Source: a virus
Lineage: Duplodnaviria; Caudoviricetes
Length of the DNA stretch: 64,000 bases
IMG/VR virus record: IMGVR_UViG_3300022876_000002
Reading direction: 5' to 3' (one strand)
The notes beneath the pieces are model-generated. The model worked only from the letters and a program-made list of their open reading frames with translations. It was not told the origin of the DNA and made no database searches. The position numbers and the translations under genes are program-made. Positions within the stretch are counted from its first letter, which is position 1. Each line of letters begins with the position of its first letter. This document shows positions 26,934 through 36,700 of the stretch, in pieces.

Positions 26934-28124
26934 TTAACCAATCGGACTACCAGTGGCAGACTGCATGCCGTTTACTGGGGCCTCACCAGCTCTTATGATC
27001 AAATCACCTTTGGACTCAACGATGTATTCATTGGCTTCTTTGAAAGTGTTACCCAGATAGTAGAGACCAGTGCCGTTGTAGCCGATACCGTAGTACTGCA
27101 TTTCACACTGATCGCTAGACTCAGCAGAGATCATTGCTGTCAGGTGTTCTTGTGCGATAGCTGAACTAACGTTTTCAACATAGACGGGGTTGGCGTACTC
27201 ACTGAACTCGGCAATGAACTTGTCATCTACCAAGACAACCAACGCTGACAGGCCGTTGCTAAGCCACTTGCGGTGCGACAGGATGATTACTTTACCTGGG
27301 TAGCGATTACCAGTTTTGGTGATCTCTTCACGGATAAAGTTTTTGGTAGTTTTGCTGAAATTGCCGAAAACTGTGTTATAGTACTTGAGCTGATCCGGGT
27401 CATCCAGTGCGAAAGGGCGTTTGACACTAGGGATATCTTCTTCTGGCCCTGGGTCCCTTGCAGGCTTGGCATTAGCCTTAGCGTAGTTAGCTTCCAGCAT
27501 CACCAGTTTGTTTTCTGGGATCAACCCACCTTGGCGAAGCTCTTTGATCATTTCTACTGTGGCGTAAACGTTGTATTGCTGAATACGTTTGGCGGTCAAC
27601 GAGTAAGCGTCGAAGAAGGTACCATCCAGGTATGCACCAACGTTACCATGGAAGTTAGCCAGGATGGTACCGGAGTCGTACTCTTCTTCTGACTCTACAA
27701 CACCACCTGGGGCCAGGCCTGCTTTAGCCAATGCTTCGCGCAGGTTAGGGTTAGCACTGAACATAATCTCACGTGCCAATGCCGCAATGCGAACTGGATC
27801 CGCGCTGTCCAGCAATGCGGGCAAATCAACATGTACCGCACCTGGGTCGTCAGTGAGGGCCTCTTTGTAGAGACCACCCATACCAGGGTACTCGAGGTCT
27901 TTCTCCGTGATCTTGGAGATAGTGTCCCCGGAAGCATTCATGATGTAAACGTTGCCAGTGATCGGATAAGACCGATTCTTACCTGGCAGTGCGTGTTGGA
28001 TTACCAGCCCACGGTTACCGCCCGGTGGAGTACCTAAGTTGACTTTGATGTCAACCGGTTCTTCTACAACCAGCATGCGGAAACTCTTGTTGTCGCGGTC
28101 CATCATTTTGATAATGAGGTTCAT
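26934..28124 (-). CDS. hypothetical protein, paralog-array member D
   Basis: 396 aa. N-terminal module ends YPITGNVYIMNASGDTI. Confidence 0.8.
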   Translation of the reverse strand: MNLIIKMMDRDNKSFRMLVVEEPVDIKVNLGTPPGGNRGLVIQHALPGKNRSYPITGNVYIMNASGDTISKITEKDLEYPGMGGLYKEALTDDPGAVHVDLPALLDSADPVRIAALAREIMFSANPNLREALAKAGLAPGGVVESEEEYDSGTILANFHGNVGAYLDGTFFDAYSLTAKRIQQYNVYATVEMIKELRQGGLIPENKLVMLEANYAKANAKPARDPGPEEDIPSVKRPFALDDPDQLKYYNTVFGNFSKTTKNFIREEITKTGNRYPGKVIILSHRKWLSNGLSALVVLVDDKFIAEFSEYANPVYVENVSSAIAQEHLTAMISAESSDQCEMQYYGIGYNGTGLYYLGNTFKEANEYIVESKGDLIIRAGEAPVNGMQSATGSPIG

Positions 28125-28184
28125 GTAAACTACTCGTATTAGTTAGTGGTTTGTCTTACTGGTATTACGTACGTGCTATGTTGC

Positions 28185-28212
28185 CTAAGGTCAGAGCCGC
28201 CCCTGACCTTAG
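28185..28212. terminator. intergenic hairpin
   Basis: 10-bp stem CTAAGGTCAG/CTGACCTTAG. Confidence 0.5.
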
Positions 28213-28233
28213 TATTACTTTGCTCGGTAGAAA

Positions 28234-29076
28234 TTAACTAAAGGTAACCGGTCGGATATCAAAAACTTCATTATCCAAATTGACGGTAAAGGCTTGTTTG
28301 TTAAGAAGGCTGTCAACTCTCCAGCCTTTGTCTGGAATATACTCAAGCCCATGGGACTCTTTTTCTTTGGCCGAAAGTGTATCGACTGTACGGCACCCTA
28401 GTTCAGTAACTACGATATGCGGCTGAGATGCACACTCCATGATACCTAACGTTTTGTCGAAATGAGGATTTACATACAAAATCCATGGTCCATTAGGTGG
28501 CAAATCTATCATCCACTGGAACATTTGGGTAAATGGATCAACATGATCTGCGCTAATTAATTCGTTCAACTGATCAAGGCTGTTGCTAGGGCGGAATTGC
28601 AATTTACCAAGACCCAAGTAAAGAGTCGGTGAAGCCGCACGTAAATCTTTAGCACTATTCCAAACGGTAGCTGGATCACTCCCCTGGACACTCCCACCTG
28701 GATTCAATGGAGGGAACTGCTTAGGTATTTCGCTATGTTTATTCAATTCTTCCCAGTCAATAGGGCGGTCCCCGCCGAGTATTTCCCGGATAGGTTGTAA
28801 TACTGCTTCGGTCTGTTCTTCAATACGCACTGGAGCCATGAGCTTTTCATAGCTCACTTCACTTAACACCAACCCATCAGGGTTCATGATAGTGACGTCA
28901 CCAGTTACCGGAATAACTTCAGAGCGGAAGTCACCAAAACCCTCGACCACCACCAATGGGTTATTGGACTTGGTCGCAGCAAATACCGCCACACGGCCAG
29001 CATGTAGCACAGGGATCAAATGGAACCCGACTTTATCCGAGTGCATTACCTTGATAATAGTTACTGGTTTAATCAT
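28234..29076 (-). CDS. hypothetical protein, paralog-array member C
   Basis: 280 aa. Module motif IPVTGDVTIMNPDGLVL; 1-nt overlap with the upstream gene. Confidence 0.75.
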   Translation of the reverse strand: MIKPVTIIKVMHSDKVGFHLIPVLHAGRVAVFAATKSNNPLVVVEGFGDFRSEVIPVTGDVTIMNPDGLVLSEVSYEKLMAPVRIEEQTEAVLQPIREILGGDRPIDWEELNKHSEIPKQFPPLNPGGSVQGSDPATVWNSAKDLRAASPTLYLGLGKLQFRPSNSLDQLNELISADHVDPFTQMFQWMIDLPPNGPWILYVNPHFDKTLGIMECASQPHIVVTELGCRTVDTLSAKEKESHGLEYIPDKGWRVDSLLNKQAFTVNLDNEVFDIRPVTFS

Positions 29077-29690
29077 TACGCGGGTTCCCCTATCAATTTC
29101 TTAGCTTCTTCTTCAGACAAGTTAAATGTAAAACCGAAATTAGTTGCTACTGGTTCGCGAGTCTTTCTGTTCACCCCGATAAATGAGTAAGCTAACTCCG
29201 GAGTGGTTGGGTCGATAAAGATTTCGTGGTCATGGCACGATGCGTAGAAAGCCTGATCGGACCCTAGGAGCACTATTGGACTTTCTTCACCCATGTGCGG
29301 CCTGGGGATATATACCGAAATAGGGTTTCCGCAGTAGAGGGTGGCGCGGGTTCTTACTTTCCAGATGCCATTTGTAGAGACAGTCAGTCGTTTTTCCAAC
29401 AGCTCCATCCAGAACTCTTTGCTTCCTGGTGCGGTGGGAGTGGGAGGGTACACCAGATCGGAAAGTTTCACTAAATGGATCAAGGCACCTGTGTGAGACT
29501 TGATCTCTACGTCACCACGCAGTTGGTAAACGGCGGTATTTTCCTCCAACACCCCGTCTATTTCAACAACCCCTTTCTGGATAGTCAGGGTAGCGTCACC
29601 TCGGCCAAACTTCATGACCTCTTGACTACCCACTTGGAGGACAGTACCTACTGAACCATAGCTAGTAAACAACGTTACAATAAGACTCAT
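29076..29690 (-). CDS. hypothetical protein, paralog-array member B
   Basis: 204 aa. Module motif YQLRGDVEIKSHTGALI; 4-nt overlap with the upstream gene. Confidence 0.75.
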   Translation of the reverse strand: MSLIVTLFTSYGSVGTVLQVGSQEVMKFGRGDATLTIQKGVVEIDGVLEENTAVYQLRGDVEIKSHTGALIHLVKLSDLVYPPTPTAPGSKEFWMELLEKRLTVSTNGIWKVRTRATLYCGNPISVYIPRPHMGEESPIVLLGSDQAFYASCHDHEIFIDPTTPELAYSFIGVNRKTREPVATNFGFTFNLSEEEAKKLIGEPA

Positions 29691-29941
29691 GACGCGCTCT
29701 CTACACTATCGGCCGTGACAGTTTGGATTACTTCACCGTTTGCATTACAGATCTCCACTTCCCCATCAAAGCCGTAGGCGGTAATGCTGTTACTAGATCC
29801 ATTAACTGAAGGGATACGTACATGTGGATCGGAATTGGTGTACCGACCGAATTCAATGCGCTCGCCAACTTTAACGGTCAATACGTTTTTCACAACGCCT
29901 TTGCTGTTTTTAACGATTACCAACATTGCCAACTGACTCAT
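29687..29941 (-). CDS. hypothetical protein, paralog-array member A (module only)
   Basis: 84 aa with GGAG RBS. Motif YGFDGEVEICNANGEVI. Confidence 0.75.
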   Translation of the reverse strand: MSQLAMLVIVKNSKGVVKNVLTVKVGERIEFGRYTNSDPHVRIPSVNGSSNSITAYGFDGEVEICNANGEVIQTVTADSVESAS

Positions 29942-29973
29942 ACTTACTCCAATTATTAAAATGCGTGTATAAA

Positions 29974-30001
29974 CCCTACCTAGCTTATTAGCTAGGTAGG
30001 G
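29974..30001. terminator. intergenic hairpin / palindromic repeat
   Basis: 12-bp stem CCCTACCTAGCT/AGCTAGGTAGGG. Confidence 0.55.
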
Positions 30002-30007
30002 GTACCA

Positions 30008-30658
30008 TTAAACGGCTTCTACTACGATCGGGTCTTCGACTTCTGGCTTCGGATGGGTGGAAGCTTCACCAGGAGTAGTCTCCGGCTTAACCGCTTCATC
30101 CTTGGCGTCCTTCGGATCTTTGATCACCAGGTGGGCCGGCCGTACCGATTTCACTTCTGGTACTGGCGGGAACACGAACACGTCCACGTCACCACCAGAC
30201 ATCACATCCAGTTTACAGGCAGTCTTAACCGCCTTAGCAGCATTCTGCCCCACACACATAGCAGCCAAAGCAAAACGGCTACCACTACCACTGGAGTAAG
30301 GAATGTTTACCGGCAGCAGGAACTGTTCTTCACCACGCTTCTCTTTGTTGGCGTAGATGCTCCAGGCCAGTACCTCGTGGCGTTCAGTGATCAGGATCGC
30401 CTCGAAGTCCAGTTCCTCGTCATGGGTTACCCGCGTACGGTAGTCAATCCCCTTACGCAGGTATTCCTTGATGTACTCGATGGCATGTGCCTGGCCACAC
30501 ACGCCGAATGCGATGATGCGTACGCCAGCGGCTTCCCAGTACTCGGTAGCCTCATTCGGGCGATGGATTTTCTTGAAGTTACCTGGCATGGCCATCCAGC
30601 CTTTGGTAGCCTGACCATCACTTGCCATCATCCCTTCGCTAACTGCGATAGTAGTCAT
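30008..30658 (-). CDS. HslV/proteasome-beta-like Ntn threonine protease
   Basis: N-terminus M-TTIAVSEGMMASDGQAT (HslV has TTIV...AGDGQAT), KKIHR, GSGSRFALAA, followed by a Pro/Lys/Glu-rich tail. Confidence 0.85.
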   Translation of the reverse strand: MTTIAVSEGMMASDGQATKGWMAMPGNFKKIHRPNEATEYWEAAGVRIIAFGVCGQAHAIEYIKEYLRKGIDYRTRVTHDEELDFEAILITERHEVLAWSIYANKEKRGEEQFLLPVNIPYSSGSGSRFALAAMCVGQNAAKAVKTACKLDVMSGGDVDVFVFPPVPEVKSVRPAHLVIKDPKDAKDEAVKPETTPGEASTHPKPEVEDPIVVEAV

Positions 30659-30766
30659 TTACTATAAACCCCTTAGGTACCAAATAATGATCGTCTGCCT
30701 AACTAACCAGTAGTAAGCAATAACATAACACTCTAGCAAATAAATAATCCGGTGTTATTCATACTG

Positions 30767-30787
30767 GTAATGTAGATTTAAGTATTT
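30767..30787 (-). promoter_or_regulatory. early-type promoter of the protease/paralog operon
   Basis: Minus strand AAATACTTAAATCTACATTAC, a near-consensus copy. Confidence 0.5.
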
Positions 30788-30789
30788 CT

Positions 30790-31170
30790 TAGGTAATGCA
30801 AATATAACCCTTACCCTACCCTCCCTAAGGAAGATAGAGGTATAATAATTAATATATATTTTTCTAATTTTTGACACATTCTATGTCTATTTAAATTTAG
30901 TAATATAGTAAAGGGGGCGCAGCCCCCTTTACTAGTCATCTATGCTAAAGCATAAAGGCTATGAGTCTCGTCATCTACTAGCGTAGATTCCTCGGCCTAA
31001 GCATCCTCCCCGGTAAGGCTATTCACTCCGTTCCGTTCGCCGAAGGCTCACTTCACTACGTTCATAACCTTACCACCCCTCCTTCAAAAATCTGAAATGA
31101 GAAAGTGGCAATTAACATAACATACAAACCAGATAAAAATTAAGAGATGCTATAGACCTACTTAGAGGTA
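30790..31170. other. AT-rich divergent intergenic region with hairpins
   Basis: AT-rich tract at about 30841-30905, perfect 12-bp hairpin 30906-30934, long hairpin 31012-31074. This is a strand-switch point. Confidence 0.6.
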
Positions 31171-31177
31171 AACAGAC

Positions 31178-32026
31178 ATGAACGCGGTTCAATATGCAAT
31201 CAATCGATTACACGGAAGTGACATCGATGAGTATTTGCTCAAGCTAGCCTTTGAGCAGAATCCAAATACCAACTGGTCAGGTAACTGGTACAACACTGTT
31301 AATGCCACTACGATAGACCAAGGGGTACTGGAGAAAGTAATCCACCGTACGGTATTGCCAGCCTGTAATGCACGGGGTGGTAAAACTGAGTACATCGATA
31401 TCTCTAGCAGCCGCATCCGTGACTTGGGTAACGGTTGTATTGAGGTTAACGTACCAGACATTATCACCGGTGGTCGGAAGATCATTAGTGTGGCCGAAGT
31501 CTACTTGGGTTCCATGACCTCTGCTACTGGTATGCTGGGCATTGGTATCAACGACAACGCACTGTGTGGCCAGGGTGCTATCAGTGACATGACGCAGTCA
31601 CTGTTGGACTCGATTACCCCTAGTCGTATGTTCCCGGTTACCTTTACCAACATCCACATGACTGGTAACAACAGTTTCGTGATCTTTGGTATGAACTCCG
31701 GTACGTTCTCTATGTCAGCTAAAATGACCTTGGAGTATGATGAAGGGTTGTCCAGTATCAGCCCACGGCACCACGAGCTGTTTGCAGACCTCGTGGAGCT
31801 CGCTGTGAAGGCTTATATCTACCGTACCTGCCGTAGACCTACCAGTGACGCTGTAAAGCGCGCAGGGGTCGCCCTGGACGATATCAAAGACGATATTGCT
31901 AACTATCGCTCGGCATGGGATGACTATAAGGAAATGGTCAAGACCACTTGGACTAATGCCATGGCTTGGAGCGATCGCCTGACTGTAAACGAGACTATCA
32001 AGTCGTCGGTCCCTAGACGAATGTAA
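31178..32026 (+). CDS. probable virion structural protein
   Basis: 282 aa with GAGG RBS; first gene of a + strand operon next to the terminase. Function from synteny. Confidence 0.6.
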   Translation: MNAVQYAINRLHGSDIDEYLLKLAFEQNPNTNWSGNWYNTVNATTIDQGVLEKVIHRTVLPACNARGGKTEYIDISSSRIRDLGNGCIEVNVPDIITGGRKIISVAEVYLGSMTSATGMLGIGINDNALCGQGAISDMTQSLLDSITPSRMFPVTFTNIHMTGNNSFVIFGMNSGTFSMSAKMTLEYDEGLSSISPRHHELFADLVELAVKAYIYRTCRRPTSDAVKRAGVALDDIKDDIANYRSAWDDYKEMVKTTWTNAMAWSDRLTVNETIKSSVPRRM

Positions 32027-32035
32027 GGTAACCCT

Positions 32036-33361
32036 ATGACAGCTTTTGTCCCCTTCAGTTGGTTCGAGCCGCTATCGGAACACGGTATCGGTTGTATTGC
32101 TGGGATGGAGGAACTCTTTAGTGATATTAACTACAAGAGTGACCAAGCCATCCTGGCGGTGTGTAACAAGTTTGGTGAGTACCTAGACATCACCCCACAA
32201 TGGGCTATGTCACTGCGACGCTATGTTTATGGTTTCACCACCCGTACAGTGGGCATGGTCAACTATCTGGACTTCTTCGGTAGCCCTTACCTGGGACTCC
32301 AGAAAATTACCTTTACCACTGGGGACCGTAACTTATGGTTCAGTGAGATCTTCGACGTCGACGAAGAAGAACTCAAAGAGAACCTGCACGAAGTCAAGTC
32401 CATTCAGAAAGAGTGGAACGTAGTAGGGGATGTGTTCAACATGACCATCCCTTATCTGCTGTACCGCACGTACCACTCCAAGCTAGACCCCAAGACGAAA
32501 CACCAAGCAATGGTGGATATCGTCTGCATGTATCACTACAAGTGCTTCACCAGCATCATCCACAACGACTACCCTTACCAAGCGCGTAAGGAAGTGGTCC
32601 TGGAAACCTACAACCGCTTGTCGAAGAAATACGACATCAAGCAGTACGGTAGCTGGCGTGCACTGATTGAAGCCCGAGCGAACTTCATCCTGGATCCCAA
32701 GACTGGTATCCACTTCGATGCGTTCACCAAAATGGACGACGATAAAAAGATCGTCTACATGGTCGGGGATATCCAGAACCGGTTCCGCCGGGTAATCAAC
32801 GATATCAACAAGGTATTCCACGAAGTAAAGAACAAGACCAACATCGTCTCCATTGAAGGAGCAAAGGTAAACCTCCAGGACGAGATTACCATCAAGTCGG
32901 TGTCCAAGGAAGTTACCCAGAACAACTTGTATATTGACCGGATCCTCACCGAGGAAACGTCGTTCTACAAGCCCGAGCTGGTTAACTATGCCTCCTCCGT
33001 TTTGGAGCACCCCAATACCGAGAAACTCGCTTACTTGGTACAGCAGTTACCTGGGGCCTACAAGAACCCCAAAGACAAACATGCTAAGGTGTTTGTCGAT
33101 GCCGTAATCGAACACATGTGGGAATACCTGCACTCGAACGGCATCAAGAAGACCAACGTGTCGGAAGTCCTTGTTAGACTGCGTGGTGCATATGGGGCAC
33201 CCAAGTCCAACAACAACACCGTTAAGGTGGTACGCCAGGAAGGGGAAGAAGTCGTCCGTAAACTGACGGGTATCAAAACCCCGATGGCGGTACAATCCTT
33301 GCGTGCTGGACTCAGTCTGTACATCGTTATCCGAATCCTTTCCAAAGACCTCTACGACTAA
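32036..33361 (+). CDS. conserved protein, probably structural
   Basis: 441 aa, operonic with the previous gene. Confidence 0.6.
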   Translation: MTAFVPFSWFEPLSEHGIGCIAGMEELFSDINYKSDQAILAVCNKFGEYLDITPQWAMSLRRYVYGFTTRTVGMVNYLDFFGSPYLGLQKITFTTGDRNLWFSEIFDVDEEELKENLHEVKSIQKEWNVVGDVFNMTIPYLLYRTYHSKLDPKTKHQAMVDIVCMYHYKCFTSIIHNDYPYQARKEVVLETYNRLSKKYDIKQYGSWRALIEARANFILDPKTGIHFDAFTKMDDDKKIVYMVGDIQNRFRRVINDINKVFHEVKNKTNIVSIEGAKVNLQDEITIKSVSKEVTQNNLYIDRILTEETSFYKPELVNYASSVLEHPNTEKLAYLVQQLPGAYKNPKDKHAKVFVDAVIEHMWEYLHSNGIKKTNVSEVLVRLRGAYGAPKSNNNTVKVVRQEGEEVVRKLTGIKTPMAVQSLRAGLSLYIVIRILSKDLYD

Positions 33362-33370
33362 GGTAAGACC

Positions 33371-33664
33371 ATGACCATCGCCAACGCTAAAATCGAACGC
33401 TACAACGAAACCCACATCCTGGGTGTAGCGGAGCTGACCCACTCGAAAGGCACCGAAGAAGTGCGCTTTGTAGCACCGAAGCCAGTGGAAGGTTTCGACC
33501 CGCACGGCAGCCCAGAGCTCGATGCCAGTGCGCGTTATTTCTCCAGCCCAATGATCGCGCATACCAACTTCGACGACCTGTCGAATAACGTAGTGCTCAC
33601 CCCAGCGTTCATCGGTCGCGACCTGGGCGCCATGCAAGCCCACCTGGTCAAGAACTTTAAGTAA
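33371..33664 (+). CDS. small conserved protein
   Basis: 97 aa with AAGG RBS and strong codon bias. Confidence 0.7.
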   Translation: MTIANAKIERYNETHILGVAELTHSKGTEEVRFVAPKPVEGFDPHGSPELDASARYFSSPMIAHTNFDDLSNNVVLTPAFIGRDLGAMQAHLVKNFK

Positions 33665-33671
33665 GCGGTCA

Positions 33672-33706
33672 TATACCCTCCTGGCCGTCAAGGCCAGGAG
33701 GGTATA
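33672..33706. terminator. bidirectional terminator
   Basis: 15-bp perfect stem TATACCCTCCTGGCC/GGCCAGGAGGGTATA between convergent genes. Confidence 0.75.
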
Positions 33707-33710
33707 GCCC

Positions 33711-36700
33711 TTATGCTGCAAGTTTACGTTCAAGCATCCGTTTAGCGCGCTCGATCTTCGCCCCTTCAAGCAGGCTGTCGACAGTAAGCAGCTTCGCGGT
33801 TTCTGCTGGGAGCAACTTAGTTAACTTACGGATCTCTGCTTCCAGACGCAATGCCAAGATGTTGTCATTGGTTTTCAGCAGTTCTTCAGTAAGTCCGTTG
33901 ATTTTCAACCTGATGTTGTCAAAGAACGCGACGATACTCGGGTCCATCTTGGTCTCTTCTTTTTGCTTACCTACGTCCAGCAGGTTTTGCGTGTCAGTAA
34001 GAGCCAGTGCAGGCATGATCCCGTAGTACGGTTTGTTACCACCCAACTTGATGAACCAGTACGTTAGCAACCAAGCAATTACCAAGTCATCGTGTTGCTT
34101 AGAGTCGTGGTCAATGCGATCGCCCTTAGTCCGCAGGTTGATCAACTCATCAGCCAGTTTGTCGTAAGCAATACCATACCCCGTTACAGCAACCGCTTCC
34201 TGAATCAAACCATACAGCACCTTACGCGACGACGCCGAAGTGTTGAAGCCGAACAAGTGTTTGTATTTCAGGTAGAAGTTTTTGTCCCGGTACGAGAACT
34301 TGGTGTTCTGCACTGCTTCCAGTTCCTTGGAGTGCAATGCGGGTTCGTGGTAGACCTGGTTGAATATCCGCTGGAATGGATCCATCCCTTTGGACGGCAG
34401 CAGGATAAGCAAGCTGTCGATCATGTGGTGAGCATAGTTACGCTCGATCACCAGCACACTGTTCTGCAACACTTGCAGCATGTCCACGATAATCGCTGTA
34501 ACGTCGTCCAACATAGCCAGTGGGTAACGACCTACCCCAACGACCTTGCCGGTCTTCATCGAGCGGATAATCAACGTACAGGCGTCCTTGTTGATGGCCG
34601 ACGACGTATCCACCCCAATGATGAAGTGGTCGTTGTGTTCCTTCTTGGACATTTCCATCAACTGCTCTTGCGTAACAAAGAAGTCTACGAACAGACCACT
34701 GTCACGGTATTCCTTGCTCCAGAGTTTCTCCCGCTTAACGTTGTTGATGGCTTCACGAGTCAAGTCATCGAACAGCCGGTTCTCACCGTCCTCCACCCAC
34801 ATTAACAACAAGTCGATCTTGGCCTTAGCAAGGCTGAGGTTGAGCTCGTCGATTGTCCGTTTGACCCAGTCCTTGTTTTTACCCAACTGCATGTAGTTGT
34901 AAACCATGGACACCGACGGTGCGGTAGTCTTAGTTGGGCTAGCACGAATCAAGCGGTCTTTGAGGTGGGACTCGCTGTACGAATCAAAGAACTTCTCACG
35001 CCACTCGGTAGCAGACATTAACTTCTCGAACATGAATGCACCACTTGGATGCAGGGTTGTGTTCGGAGTAGTGATATATCCAATACCGTATGGCTGGCCG
35101 TTCTCCCGGCACAGTTCCATCTCAGTAAGTGCAGATGGCATCGCGCCGTTGATGATCGCCTCAATCCAGGAGATATACCCTGGCTCATCGAGGAACGTAG
35201 TGCCTACCGTTAAACCACGACCAACGTCCCCTGCGGCATCCTGGCCGATCTGTGGCACGTTAATCGTTAGTACGTTTACCTTGTCCTCACCAAACGCCCG
35301 GTAAGTTAAGTAGGTACCTGCGTCTTTGTCCTTGTACGTTGAGTTAACCAGATAGTTAGGAATACAACTCCGCATCCGTTTAACTGCGTCAATGAACTGC
35401 GCACGGTTATCCGACTTCAGCGTAATCACATGGGTCTTGTAGCCACGACCGTTGATATACGTTAACCAGAAGTTAATGACCTGGACCGACACCGTGTTGT
35501 GGGTGACAATAAAGTCATCGGTGATATACAGGTGCTGCTCGTTATCCACCTCAATACAAGTACACTCTTGATCACCACTAAATTCAATCTTGGTGATGAA
35601 AAGTTGGTTGGGTACGTTAGGTTCTTCAGCCTCGTTGAACTTGTAGTACTTGCAACCTTCTGGCAGTGTGATTACCACACCTTCATCAGTGGCAGTAGCA
35701 GTACCACCGAGCCCACGTGCCAGGTATTGGAGTTGATTTACGATTACCCGGTTAGAGGTCTTATACAGCAAACCCTTTGGGGTAGGGTGGGCTAGATCCA
35801 GAAACGCGTGTAACACGTCTCTGCGGTCCTCTATACAGCCTTCCAGGTAGTCCTGTGGCAGACCCTGAGCATGAGTGATGCTCAGGTCGTTATCATTGGA
35901 CATGCGCAGGTAGGCACTGTCACCTTGGATCACCAGTTTCAGGTGTTTAGGCAACTTGTTGCTCAGGTACCAAGTAGCTTTCTGACTGATCTTACCCAGA
36001 TGGATTAACTTACCATCGTTAGGTGCAGCAAACAGCAGACCCATCACATAAGGACGGATCATGCGTTTCTTTTTGGGCGGTCCTTCTTCAGGCTCGATCA
36101 GCGGTAGCTCAATCTTGATACCTTTATTGATACGTCGTTTAATCTGGGACGTGGTGTACTCATCCCAGATAGGGTCTACGTTGACCTTACGGTTATGGTC
36201 GCCAACCGACCACAGGTGTTCTGCCCCAGCTTCCGTGGTACGTCCATCCGAGCAGGTAACCAAGTAGGTACGTTTCTTACCTTGTGGGTGTACACCAATA
36301 ACCGTGGTCTCGTTACCATAGCGGTCAATGATCTCATCACCAACTCGCAGGTCGCCAATGTTAACCCAATGGTCTTGCGGACGACCGTAAGCATTTTCTT
36401 TACGCTTCTTACGGACTTTCTTGGTGTTCGGTTGGTACTTGCCCTGCTGACGGGGCATGATCATGTAGCTGGTAATGTGGTTCAGGTAGTTCCAGATAAA
36501 ACTGATGTTACCCCGGTTAGCCTGGAAATACCGATCCGCACGTACCTTACAGACTTCACGTAGGAAATACCAGAAGTTAGCCCGGCACTCCTCCATGATC
36601 CACTGACGTTGTTCGTTGGTGAGATCCTCAGCATAAGGGTCCACACCACGCAACATTGGGTTGTTCAATTGCAGACAGAAAAAATAGTTCTTGATACCTT

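Noticed and set aside
29076-29941. FHA domains (FGR motif in array members A and B)
   Set aside because: The conserved SxxH and NG motifs are absent, and members C and D lack GR.
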